Numbered from the stretch's first letter, positions 23,089-34,830 are shown. The stretch: 64,000 bases of DNA from Mobula hypostoma (GCF_963921235.1 NC_086097.1:232626001-232690000), one strand, 5' to 3'. Notes: generated by a model from the letters alone, not told the origin. Program-made: numbers and translations.

Positions 23089-24814
23089 CTGGAAAATGCA
23101 GATAATGAGAGTAAAAGGAAAGAAGAGAATGAGTTATTGAAGCTCAGCTGAACAGAACAACTGAGGGGTTCAAAAGAGGAACTCTCACTGTCAGCAAATT
23201 AAATAAAACTAACTACTTGCAAAGAGTCCTTATATTCCCTTTTTCATGTCCATTTTTATAATCTGTGGGATCGTCAGTGGCAGTGAAGTAAATCTTTTGG
23301 TAAAATTTGGAGTTTGTTGTAATTTACAGTAATTAACAGTAGTTTGCTACTCCAATCCTGTTATATGTTTAACAATATAGGTTCACATGGTTAAGGTTAG
23401 TATTCCATCTGGGCCAATTGTGCCAATTGGTTTTATTGCAGGCAAAATTTCCTATTTGATGCTTTATTCACCCAGAAGTTGACTTACTATGTATCTCGAG
23501 CAATTTCCTCTGAAATTGACAGTGGAAAGAGAGAAAAGGGGGAAAAAAGAGAATAAAATGACTGCAAGGAAGTCTCTATGCAAGGCAATTTTACACATTT
23601 AAAAATTATACGCCATAATTTCTGTCACAACCACATAGATGGTTTGATCCAGCAAATAAGAAAACAATTCCAGATAAGTAACGTTCAAAGATAAATCTTA
23701 AGTGACTCAGGATGATACAGATTAGTTGTCCCTCATTTTGCATTACTTTATTCTGGATTCCTTCAATTTAATTGTATCTTTTTGTATCAATCTATAAATG
23801 TACATCACATAATCAAAAAAAAAGCATTTAATCTTTATATGCACACTGACAGAAGGCCTTTTTGAAGCATCAACATTCTGCTTTGATAATGGTGATAAAA
23901 AATTACTATTTAGTATTAAGGACAGAGGTCAGGCATTCTTCAATGAAGACTTTTTCTCTTTGATGCGTGATCAATCAATACTGTCTGGAATGAAGAGAAT
24001 GGGGAAGAAAATATCCATAGATCTTAATCAATAACATCTGCAACCACAAAGCTGTATCAGAAATGAATATTATACTCATTCTTTTTCCTCCATTCTTCAA
24101 TGGTTTTGCTCACCGAGAATGCAGATGCTTGTATTGTAACCCATGCCAGCTCTCACTTACCTGTGTACTTTTGGTTCCTGCACAAAGTGCTCAGATTAGA
24201 AATCCTTCCCTGACCTTGGGTTACTCTGGTTTTGCTTCCTTCTACATAGTGCAATTCTCTCAACATCTTTGCTCACCCTCAACTCAGGTCTTTTGGCAGA
24301 TCTCCACAGACCTTCAATCTTTTCATCCCCACCTCTTTCCCCTTCTTCAAGACCTAACACTTTCACTGTGATGTTAGGAATGTGTCTGTAAAGTTTCTTA
24401 CATTAGAGCTTCTGTACGTTAAGTGCATAGCTTCACCTGACATCTCTTGTAGTATAGCAGAGGATGCATTGTTGCTCAGGGGGAAAGTAATTCTCTAAAT
24501 GATGGAATCATAGAAACAAGTTGGCATAGCAGCATTCCCCAGTGCTGCACTTTAATGCCTTAGACCAGCACGCCAGCATAGAAATTAGATTCCGTCCTTT
24601 TTTTTTGTTATGCTCAACCGTCATTGTGTTTCACACTACATCAAATTGGGACATCAACAGAAAAAGTCATAAAATTACATGAAAGTACATTTATAAAAAC
24701 ATCACCACAGCTTACCATCAGAAAATTATTAAAATAGGATGAGCAGGTTTCTCAAAGGGACCATACTAATAGGCAATGGAGGCCTCAAGCTTCAAACCAT
24801 CTCAAGATAAAGTG

Positions 24815-25325
24815 TGATTGGTAAAGTTAAATAGGTTAGGACTTTATTCCTTGGAATGTAGAAGATTGAGGGGAGATTTGATAGAGGTATACAAAATTAT
24901 GAGGGATATAGATAGGGTAAGAGCAAGCAGGCTTTTACCACTGAGAAGAGAAAATCTGCAGATGCTAGAAATCCAAGCAACACACACGGAATGCTGGATG
25001 AACTTAGTAGCCCAGGAAGGGTCTCGGCCGGAAACGCTGACTGTACTCTTTTCCATAGATGCTGCCTGACCTGCTGAGTTTTCCCACTGAAGATAGGTGG
25101 GACTACAATGAGAGGTCATGGGTTAAGTCTGAAAGGTGTAAAGTTTAAGGGGACCGTGTGGGGAAGCTTCACTCAGAGGGTCGCTAGAGTGGAATGACCT
25201 GCCAGCACAAGTGGTGCAAGCGAGTTCAATTTCAATGTTTAAGAGAAGTTTGGATGGGCACATGGATGGTAACCCACTAGATGGGCCAAATGGCCTGTTT
25301 TTGCACTGTACATTTCAATGACTCT
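24815..25325 (+). mobile_element. CR1 3' fragment with an internally inverted hammerhead unit at ~24945-25080
   Basis: LNRLGLYSLECRRLRGDLIEVYKI; the insertion is flanked by ttttaccactga / ttttcccactga. Confidence 0.8.
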
Positions 25326-27409
25326 GAGTTCTCAGAGAAGGCTGTGAAGAGCTAGTAGACTATGACTCCAGTCTCTTTGTTGGCTATCAACAACAACCCT
25401 ATCAAAGAGGCCAATACTACAGGTAGCAGCTTCTGGATGCAGAGACAAAGTTCATACACAGTCTTCCTGCTTCCAGGCTGAAGCCGGCTGATCTTTCTAG
25501 TCTCTGCTTTATTGGCGCAGCTTGGATGTTAATGGAACAGCAATCTGCCAACCTGGATGTCCTCACTGAGGAAACAGAGATGTCACTGATGAGGAGATCA
25601 TTGTTCTCAATGAACAACAGTATATGATTTGTGAACAGATAGCTGCTGTCTGTGGGAGTGGGACGCTACTCAAAAGCAGCTCACCCATAAACAGCAGCAA
25701 ACAGATGATACAGATGAATTGTCCACTACTACAACGTGATTCCAAACAAGTTCATATATGTAATTTAATTAAATATGTCATCCATTAGAAGTCCGCAAAA
25801 TCCACCGAGAAGTGTTGACTTTCTTGGAAAGCAGTTACTTAAGTGATCTTTAAAATTTAATGTCCTTAAATCATCAGAATCAGATTAATGTTTATTATCA
25901 TTGATACTTGTCATGAAATTTGTTGTTTTGCACAGCAGTACAATGCAATAAATGAAATCTTTAAAGTTGCAATAAGAAATATGAATAATAGCTCTGCAAA
26001 AAGGGAGCAAAATAGTGTGGTAGTGTTCATGGGTTCCAGGGCAATTCAGAAATCTGATGGTGGAAGGGAAGATGCTGTTCCTAAAATGTTGAGTGTAGGT
26101 CTTCAGGCTCCTGCACCTACAAATGAACTATGATCATTAGAACATAGACTATTACAGCACAGTACAGGGCCTTTGGCCTACATTTTAACCTCCCCTAAGA
26201 TCAACCTATCCCTTTGCTCCCACAAAGCTTTCCATTTTTCTATCATCCGTCTGCCTACCTAAAAGTCTTTAAATATCCTAACATATCTGCCTCTACCACC
26301 AAACCATCTTTGAGTGGAAATTCTTTATAAACAATATATGCTATATGGTATAGTTCTATTTTAAAAGTAATTAAAATCTAGCCCACAGTGCATTCCACAT
26401 TTTAAGTCCTTTGATATATCAAACATAGTTTGTTCTTTCAGCAATGTGTGCTATACTCTATGTTACACTCATTCTCCCACTCTGAATTGAAACTGATTAA
26501 ACACAGGCATGTATCTTAAGTTAAATGTTTGAATGAGGAAGAGCATCAGGAACTCTGCTGAAGCAAATGAGTAACAGGAGTGTGGCTTCCTCTCCTGGTG
26601 TTATGGAATCAAATTTATTTAAGACTTTCACATAAAACCACACAGCTCTTCAGAAAGTGCAAGATCTATTAGAAGCACTTTGCCTCCTTGTCACAGAGTA
26701 AACTTGGCAGATGCAGCCCTATTAGTAATGGAAATATTTAAACCAAGAATAAATTAGAATTAATGTACAAAGTGTCCGATATACAACAGTCAAAATTAAA
26801 ATTAAGTCTGAGCAGTCTTAAATTCAAGGCGTTGTTATGGAGTTGATCACAGCAAGTCATGTGATGTAAGCATTTTGTACTATATATAGAACACACAATG
26901 GGGAGTAGGCATCACAGAAAGAGCCAGCAGTTGCCAGTTCAGTCCAAAATCATGAGTTAAGTCATCAGGCATTAGCTGACTTTACAGCAAATGTGAATGG
27001 AAAGAAGAACAGCTTCTTGCACTTGCAGATTTAATTCAAATCAACTGTAACCAAACCCACAACTGGCATTGGACAGGAGGCTCATAAGGGGCCACAATCA
27101 ATCTCTGAAGTATTCCTTCCAGACGCTAATTAGCCTTTTATTCATCACATTGTCCATCCTGGGAAAAAACCCTGTAACTATTAGTTCCGATCATTTGTGA
27201 TTTATGAGGCACTTTTTAAGTTGAAAATCTTTAAATCAAAATTATACGAGAACCATACAAAATTTCTCACCTGAAATCAGTACCTCCCATTCACATTTTT
27301 AGCAAATATATTTAGAAACATAGAAACATAGAAAATAGGTGCAGGAGTAGGCCATTCGGCCCTTCGAGCCTGCACCGCCATTTATTATGATCATGGCTGA
27401 TCATCCAAC

Positions 27410-30400
27410 TCAGAACCCAGCCTTCCCTCCATACCCCCTGACCCCTGTAGCCACAAGGGCCATATCTAACTTCCTTTTAAACATAGCTAATGAACTGGCC
27501 TCAACAGTTTGCTGTGGCAGAGAATTCCACAGATTCACCACTCTCTGTGTGAAGAAGTTTTTCCTAACCTCGGTCCTAAAAGGCTTCCCCTCTATCCTCA
27601 AACTGTGACCCCTCGTTCTAGACCTCCCCAACATCGGGAACAATCTTCCCGCATCTAGCCTGTCCAATCCCTTTAGGATCTTATACGTTTCAATCAGATC
27701 CCCCCTCAATCTTCTAAATTCCAACGAGTACAAGCCCAGTTCATCCAGTCTTTCTTCATATGAAAGACCTGCCATCCCAGGAATCAATCTGGTGAACCTT
27801 CTTTGTACTCCCTCTATGGCAAAGATGTCTTTCCTCAGATTAGGGGACCAAAACTGCACACAATACTCCAGGTGTGGTCTCACCAAGGCCTTGTACAACT
27901 GGAGTAGTACCTCCCTGCTCCTGTACTCGAATCCTCTCGCTATAAATGCCAGCATACCATTCGCCTTTTTCACCGCCTGCTGTACCTGCATGCCCACTTT
28001 CAATGACTGGTGTATAATGACACCCAGGTCTCGTTGCACCTCCCCTTTTCCTAATCGGCCACCATTCAGATAATAATCTGTTTTCCTATTTTTGCCACCA
28101 AAGTGGATAACTTCACATTTATCCACATTAAATTGCATCTGCCATGAGTTTGCCCACTCACCCAACCTATCCAAGTCACCCTGCATCCTCTTAGCATCCT
28201 CCTCACTGCTAACACTGCCACCCAGCTTTGTGTCATCCGCAAACTTGGAGATGCTGCATTTAATTCCCTCATCCAAGTCATTAATATATATTGTAAACAA
28301 CTGGGGTCCCAGCACTGAGCCTTGCGGTACCCCACTAGTCACCGCCTGCCATTCTGAAAAGGTCCTGTTTATTCCCACTCTTTGCTTCCTGTCTGCTAAC
28401 CAATTCTCCACCCACACCAATACCTTACCCCCAATACCGTGTGCTTTAAGTTTGCACACTAATCTCCTATGTGGGACCTTGTCAAAAGCCTTTTGAAAAT
28501 CCAAATATACCACATCCACTGGTTCTCCCCTATCCACTCTACTAGTTACATCCTCAAAAAATTCTATGAGATTCGTCAGACATGATTTTCCTTTCACAAA
28601 TCCATGCTGACTTTGTCCGATCATTTCACCGCTTTCCAAATGTGCTGTTATCACATCCTTGATAACTGACTCCAGCAGTTTCCCCACCACCGACGTTAGG
28701 CTAACCGGCCTATAATTCCCCGGTTTCTCTCTCCCTCCTTTTTTAAAAAGTGGGGTTACATTAGCCACCCTCCAATCCTCAGGAACTAGTCCAGAATCTA
28801 ACGAGTTTTGAAAAATTATCACTAATGCATCCACTATTTCTTGGGCCACTTCCTTAAGCACTCTGGGATGCAGACCATCTGGCCCTGGGGATTTATCTGC
28901 CTTCAATCCCTTCAATTTACCTAACACCACTTCCCTACTAACATGTATTTCGCTCAGTTCCTCCATCTCACTGGACCCTCTGTCCCTTACTATTTCTGGA
29001 AGATTATTTATGTCCTCCTTAGTGAAGACAGAACCAAAGTAATTATTCAATTGGTCTGCCATGTCCTTGCTCCCCATAATCAATTCACCTGTTTCTGTTT
29101 GCAGGGGACCTACATTTGTCTTTATCAGTCTTTTCCTTTTTACATATCTATAAAAGCTTTTACAGTCCGTTTTTATGTTCTCTGCCAGTTTTCTCTCATA
29201 ATCTTTTTTCCCCTTCCTAATTAAGCCCTTTGTCCTCCTCTGCTGAACTCTGAATTTCTCCCAGTCCTCAGGTGAGCCACTTTCTCTGGCTAATTTGTAT
29301 GCTACTTCTTTGGAATTGATACTATCCCTAATTTCTCTTGTCAGCCACGGGTGCACTACCTTCCTTGATTTATTCTTTTGCCAAACTGGGATGAACAATT
29401 GTTGTAGTTCATCCATGCAACCTTTAAATGCCTGCCATTGCATATCCACCGTCAATCCTTGAAGTGTCATTTGCCAGTCTATCTTAGCTAATTCATGTCT
29501 CATACCTTCAAAGTTACCCCTCTTTAAGTTCAGAACCTTTGTTTCTGAATTAACTACGTCACTCTCCATGTTAATGAAGAATTCCACCATATTATGGTCA
29601 CTCTTACCCAAGGGGCCTCTCACGACAAGATTGCTAATTAACCCTTCCTCATTGCTCAAAACCCAGTCCAGAATAGCCTGCTCTCTAGTCGGTTCCTCGA
29701 CATGTTGGTTCAAAAAACCATCCCGCATACATTCCAAGAAATCCTCTTCCTCAGCACCTTTACCAATTTGGTTCACCCAGTCTACATGTAGATTGAAGTC
29801 ACCCATTATAACTGCTGCTCCTTTATTGCACACATTTCTAATTTCCTGTTTAATACCATCTCCGACCTCACTACTACTGTTAGGTGGCCTGTACACAACT
29901 CCCACCAGCGTCTTCTGCCCCTTAGTGTTACGCAGCTCTACCCATATCGATTCCACATCTTCCCGGCTTATGTCCTTCCTTTCTATTGCGTTAATCTCTT
30001 TTTTAACCAGCAACGCCACCCCACCTCCCCTTCCTTCGTGTCTATCCCTCCTGAATATTGAATATCCCTGAACGTTGAGCTCCCATCTCTGGTCACCCTG
30101 GAGCCATGTCTCTGTGATCCCAACTATATCATAATGATTAATAACAATCTGCACTTTCAATTCATCCACCTTATTACGAATGCTCCTTGCATTGACACAT
30201 AAAGCCTTCAGGCGCTCTTTTACAACTCTCTTAGCCCTTATACAATTATGTTGAAAAGTGGCCCTTTTTAATGCTTGCCCTGGATTTGTCGGCCTGCCAC
30301 TTTTACTTTTCCCCTTTGTACTTTTTGCTTCTACGCTCACTTTACACCCCTCTGTCTCTCTGCACTGGTTCCCATCCCTCTGTTGTGAACTAACCTCCTC

Positions 30401-30457
30401 ACACCTAGCCGCTTTAATTTGATTCCCACCCCCCAACCATTCTAGTTTAAAGTCACC
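27410..30457 (-). CDS. CR1 ORF2p: APE endonuclease plus reverse transcriptase (frame open from 30457)
   Basis: Endonuclease motifs CVNARS, ITETWL, YRPP, GDFN, LDWVL, SDH; RT motifs KSPGPDG, NYRPVSL, YLDFQKAFD, GVPQGSVLGP, FADD. Confidence 0.96.
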   Translation of the reverse strand, partial: GDFKLEWLGGGNQIKAARCEEVSSQQRDGNQCRETEGCKVSVEAKSTKGKSKSGRPTNPGQALKRATFQHNCIRAKRVVKERLKALCVNARSIRNKVDELKVQIVINHYDIVGITETWLQGDQRWELNVQGYSIFRRDRHEGRGGGVALLVKKEINAIERKDISREDVESIWVELRNTKGQKTLVGVVYRPPNSSSEVGDGIKQEIRNVCNKGAAVIMGDFNLHVDWVNQIGKGAEEEDFLECMRDGFLNQHVEEPTREQAILDWVLSNEEGLISNLVVRGPLGKSDHNMVEFFINMESDVVNSETKVLNLKRGNFEGMRHELAKIDWQMTLQGLTVDMQWQAFKGCMDELQQLFIPVWQKNKSRKVVHPWLTREIRDSINSKEVAYKLARESGSPEDWEKFRVQQRRTKGLIRKGKKDYERKLAENIKTDCKSFYRYVKRKRLIKTNVGPLQTETGELIMGSKDMADQLNNYFGSVFTKEDINNLPEIVRDRGSSEMEELSEIHVSREVVLGKLKGLKADKSPGPDGLHPRVLKEVAQEIVDALVIIFQNSLDSGLVPEDWRVANVTPLFKKGGREKPGNYRPVSLTSVVGKLLESVIKDVITAHLESGEMIGQSQHGFVKGKSCLTNLIEFFEDVTSRVDRGEPVDVVYLDFQKAFDKVPHRRLVCKLKAHGIGGKVLVWVENWLADRKQRVGINRTFSEWQAVTSGVPQGSVLGPQLFTIYINDLDEGIKCSISKFADDTKLGGSVSSEEDAKRMQGDLDRLGEWANSWQMQFNVDKCEVIHFGGKNRKTDYYLNGGRLGKGEVQRDLGVIIHQSLKVGMQVQQAVKKANGMLAFIARGFEYRSREVLLQLYKALVRPHLEYCVQFWSPNLRKDIFAIEGVQRRFTRLIPGMAGLSYEERLDELGLYSLEFRRLRGDLIETYKILKGLDRLDAGRLFPMLGRSRTRGHSLRIEGKPFRTEVRKNFFTQRVVNLWNSLPQQTVEASSLAMFKRKLDMALVATGVRGYGGKAGF

Positions 30458-31377
30458 TCAGTAGCCCCCGCTAATCTCCCTGCCAGGATATTGGTCCCCC
30501 TAGGATTTAAGTGTAACCCGTCCTTTTTGTACAGGTCACACCTGCGCCAAAAGAGGTCCCAATGATCCAAAAATTTGAATCCCTGCCCCCTGCTCCAATC
30601 CCTCAGCCACGCATTTATCCTCCACCTCATCGCATTCCTACTCTCACTGTCGCGTGGCACAGGCAGTAATCCCGAGATTACTACCTTTGCGGTCCTTTTT
30701 CTCAACTCCCTTCCTAGCTCCCTATATTCTTCTTTCAGGACCTCATCCCTTTTCCTACCTATGTCATTGGTACCTATATGTACCAGGACCTCTGGCTCTT
30801 CACCCTCCCACTTCAGGATATCTTGGACACGATCAGAAATATCCCGGACCCTGGCACCAGGGAGGCAAACTACCATCCGAGTCTCTGGACTGCGTCCACA
30901 GAATCGCCTATCTGACCCCCTTACTATCGAGTCCCCTATCACAACTGCCCTCCTCTTCCTTGCCCTACCCTTCTGAGCTACAGGGCCAGACTCTGTGCCG
31001 GAGGCAGGGCCACTGTCGCTTCCCCCGGGTAAGCTGTCCCCCCCAACAGTACTCAAACAGGAGTACCTGTTGTTAAGGGGCACAGCCGCCGGGGTACTCC
31101 CCATCACCTTCCTTTTCCCCTTCCCCCTCCTAACCGTGACCCACTTGTCTGCCTCCCGTGGCCCCGGCGTGACCACCTGCCTTCCACTCCTCTCTATCAC
31201 CTCCTCGCTCTCCCTGACCAGACGAAGGTCATCGAGCTGCAGCTCCAGTTCCGTAACGCGGTCCCTTAGGAGCTGCATCTCGATGCACTTGGCGCAGATG
31301 TAGACGTCCGGGAGGCTTGGAGACTCCAGGGCCTCCCACATCCGACACCGAGAACAGCAAACTGCCCTCACAGTCAT
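30442..31377 (-). CDS. CR1 ORF1p: Zn finger/leucine zipper plus SGNH esterase-like domain (311 aa from ATG 31377)
   Basis: CxxC...CxxC (CSRC, CAKC), heptad segment LRDRVTELELQLDDL, and SGNH blocks IGDSIVR, HIGTNDI, DGLHLN. Confidence 0.92.
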   Translation of the reverse strand: MTVRAVCCSRCRMWEALESPSLPDVYICAKCIEMQLLRDRVTELELQLDDLRLVRESEEVIERSGRQVVTPGPREADKWVTVRRGKGKRKVMGSTPAAVPLNNRYSCLSTVGGDSLPGGSDSGPASGTESGPVAQKGRARKRRAVVIGDSIVRGSDRRFCGRSPETRMVVCLPGARVRDISDRVQDILKWEGEEPEVLVHIGTNDIGRKRDEVLKEEYRELGRELRKRTAKVVISGLLPVPRDSESRNAMRWRINAWLRDWSRGQGFKFLDHWDLFWRRCDLYKKDGLHLNPRGTNILAGRLAGATEVTLN

Positions 31378-31539
31378 AATGCCCCTCTCCTGAAATAGCA
31401 ACAGAAAATGAATGTCAAACCTTCCTCGCCTCGCCCGCTTCCGCCTAAGCCCAGTGAGCCGAAGCCCTTAAGTCTTCACTCTGCTCCCGGCTCACTCCGC
31501 CGCCCGCAAACTACGCTGCCCGCTCTATGAGGCTTTGTT

Positions 31540-31797
31540 CCTTTTAAATCTGCCGCGCTGCACAGCCCGACGTCACACGCCTGCGCAGTCCCGCCTCTCA
31601 GAAAGCCGTTGGAGAAAAAAAATAATGAAAATTTCAAAAATCTCTTTTTCGGCACTCCCACTCAGACTCTCAGACTCCTTCTTCGAATCAAATCCGAAGC
31701 AGGATGTCTGCCCTTTTAAATCTGCCGCGCTGCACTGCCCGACGTCACACGCCTGCGCAGTCCCGCCTCTCAGAAAGCCGTTGGAGAAAAAAAATAA
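31540..31797 (-). promoter_or_regulatory. Tandem CR1 promoter modules (two ~86-nt direct repeats, 172-nt period)
   Basis: 31540-31625 matches 31712-31797. On minus each module reads GGCGGGAC, TGCGCAGGCG, TGACGTCG, then GATTTAAAAGG. Confidence 0.65.
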
Positions 31798-31804
31798 CGA
31801 AATT

Positions 31805-31999
31805 GCTTAATTAGGAAGGGGAAAAAAGATTATGAGAGAAAACTGGCAGAGAACATAAAAACGGACTGTAAAAGCTTTTATAGATATGTAAAAAGGAAAA
31901 GACTGATAAAGACAAATGTAGGTCCCCTGCAAACAGAAACAGGTGAATTGATTATGGGGAGCAAGGACATGGCAGACCAATTGAATAATTACTTTGGTT
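31805..31999 (+). repeat. 195-bp inverted copy of CR1 ORF2 segment 29032-29226, joined to the element 5' end
   Basis: Reverse complement appears identical by eye; the antisense ORFs 28943-29224 and 31807-32025 share an identical peptide. Confidence 0.92.
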
Positions 32000-32784
32000 A
32001 TTGCTTTAATTTCTGTTGACTCCAAACCAGAAAAATATTCATAGTTCTATGACATTACATTTTTTTATAAAAATGTTTCCTTTCTCCGTGTTCCCTGTTC
32101 ATGCTACACCCCTGACAACTGCTCTTACTGCCTCAGAATTTACCACTATATCAGCTATCTGAAGTGACCTTCTTTAACCATTTTTTCTGGGAGATTTCTA
32201 AGGCATAGTAAAGTTGGAGTAGTTAATGTCCTGAGTGTTTAGTCAACATTCCAAGATCACGCTCAACACTCTTACCACAGCACTATCCTGGAAAAGCATC
32301 TTTGCCAACGTTATTCTTTTCATTTTCCTACAAATTACAAAGATAAAATCATCAAATAGGTATTATGATGATCAGTTTTCTTCCTGTGCCAATTATGAAT
32401 TGGATGGAGAGTTTCAGCTTATTTTACATAAGATTTATGCAATAATGAGGGAAGCATAACCTCTGTCCATCTCGATTCCTGACGTGAAGAATTCGTATCT
32501 AGCCTTCTACAGAGCATAATCCTTTTAAACGTTTCTTATTCAATCATTTTGTAACGCTCTTTGCTCCAAAAAGGATATTAAATCAAATTTGCCGGAAGTC
32601 TTATTTTTCCTTATTTGCTGTTTTATGTTTACATTAGAAATTTCAGCTTAACCATAGTATATCAAGGTCAAATGTCAGAAGTATTACAATTTAAACACAT
32701 GTATTTATGTTCGAATACGGAATAATTCAAGCTAATTTCAGTACGTTAAAACAAGAGTATAGCTATTTGGAAAGATCTTTCAAA

Positions 32785-33180
32785 GACACATACAAGGCTG
32801 CAGATGCCAGAATCTAGAGCAAACAATAACCTATGTGAGTTTATCAGAAGGTCAGGCAGTATTTATTGAGGTCGAGGGATAGGTGATATTTCAGGGCTGG
32901 TACCCCATATCAGGACAGAGTGTAGAGAGAAGGTAGCTAGAGTTAGGAGGTGACCCAAGGGCTGGTCATAGGTAGAACCAGGCGGGGAGATGAATGATGG
33001 GATGATGGGCAGATGGAAACAGTTAGGGGAGGGGAGAGTTTAGAGATGGAGGCTGGTGGGTAAAAACATAAGGAAATAAGGACAGATGGAGGAGTTGAGG
33101 GGAGGGAGAGAGAAGGGAAATAGGCTGGAAATTAATGATTAGAATCAGATAAGCGATGGATAATTGGCAGGTGGACCCAG
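32785..33180 (-). mobile_element. Decayed Penelope-like end (hammerhead unit plus purine/pyrimidine tract)
   Basis: ctgcagatgccagaatct...ggtcaggcagtatt...atttcaggg...accccatatcaggac followed by a GA-rich tract. Confidence 0.6.
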
Positions 33181-34359
33181 AAGGGTAAATCTTTCACAAA
33201 TTACGCACAGGAACTTTTGGCAAAATGACTTTATTTTGCATAGTTTTACATTTGCCTATTAACTCTCCTATAATGACCTTTGTTTATGATGTGACCCAAT
33301 GGGAATGTTTTGGTGATCAGGGGACCGTTCTATTTCAGAACTATATTAATAGGATCAGCCATGATGAAACAGTGGAGCAGACTCAATGGGCCAAACAGTC
33401 TAAGTCTGCTCCTGTATCTTATGGTCTTTTTACTCTTTGTTTGCACCTTCTGTTTATTCAGTTGATATAGCTGCCATTTTTGACAGCTCAAAAGAGCAAA
33501 ACATAATTTTTATACACTAGTAATCCCATGACAGACTATCAAAGCTGCACTATACAAATCAAAGCAGGAAAGTGTAATTTTATTAGTTTCAGGGAACCCA
33601 GCTGCCCAGTGGGAATGCAGGTTATTGTATACAGTGGTCTCCTATTTAACCCCTGTTGCTGCAACACCTGACCGATTTATTCAGACTTGGAAAGCCCAAA
33701 CAAAAGGAATACTTCCCAGAATGAGAGGGACATCCTGGGCCATTACCTCTGTCACTTAGCTCAAGCACTCCACCTCACAATCACTCTTCCCCGGACAGGG
33801 CTTGCTGATTGGCCCAGCATAATTTAGAAGGATCCTGCTGGAAATACCCTTTAATTCTTTGGAAATTCATCAGCAACTTGTTTACATCATCAAAATACTT
33901 CATCACTCAAAAGATCTGTTACCATCTTCAAATTTTAATTCTGAATTATCAGAGGGATAGTTTTGTTGTGCAATTTGAACTCCAAGTGTTTTTCCACCAT
34001 TAGGCCATTAGGTTGGTTATTTAAAGTTGTAGGTTTATTCCTCTTGCTGAACAGGTGTGCAGCATCTGCAATTCTTCAGTCTTGAGGAACCATTTTAACG
34101 ACTGGAACAGACTCAATGGCCATTCACGTCTCTAGAGAAGGCTGAAATATTGTTTAAATCCCCACCCGCAGTTTCCTCAGCAACCCAAGGTGCATGACAT
34201 TCAAACCAGAAGACATTTCTATTTTGAATGTTTCAACTTTAAGTACTGCATTACAGCGAACTACAGGTCCTTTGGTGTTGAACCGACCTTTTAACCTCCT
34301 CTAAGATCAATTTAACCCCTCCTTTCTTTATTTTATCTTTACATTCTCTTTACAAAGAA

Positions 34360-34830
34360 AATTTACAAGGATGTTGCCGGCTCTGGAGGAGCAGAATTAT
34401 AAAAGATTGAATACATTGGGACTTTACACCTTAAGTTGTAAAAGATTGAGAGGAGATTTGATAGAGGTATACAAAATTATGAGGGGTATAGATAGAGTAA
34501 ATGGAAGAAGGTTTTTTCCATAGAGGTTGGGTGAGGTTACAACCAGAGGTCATGGATTAAGGGTGAAAGGTGAGAAGTTTTAAGAGGAACATGAGGGGAA
34601 ACTTCTTCACCCAGAGGGTTGTGAGAGTGTGGAGTGAGCTGTCAGTGCAAGTGGTGCAGGCGAGCTTGATTTCGGCGTTTAAGTGAAGTTTGGATAGGCA
34701 CATAGATGGTAGAGGTATGGAGGGCTATGGTTCCGGTGCAGGTTGATGGGAGCAGGCAGTTTAAATCTTTTCGGCATGGACTAGATGGGCCAAAGGGCTT
34801 GATTTTGTGATGTACTTCTCTATGACTCTA
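34360..34830 (+). mobile_element. CR1 3' fragment
   Basis: agattgagaggagatttgatagaggtatacaaaattatg and the tail tgtacttctctatgactcta. Confidence 0.8.

Larger units (their letters stand above)
27313..31800 (-). mobile_element. Full-length CR1 LINE (family A), both ORFs intact, sense to SYBU
   Basis: CpG-rich 5' UTR, ORF1, ORF2, short 3' UTR and a (tttctatg)n tail at 27313-27337; no stops or frameshifts inside either ORF. Confidence 0.97.

Noticed and set aside
27792..31303. Plus-strand ORFs over the CR1 (e.g. 28092-28496, 29568-30071, 30575-30976)
   Set aside because: Antisense shadows of ORF1 and ORF2 with no independent domain signature.
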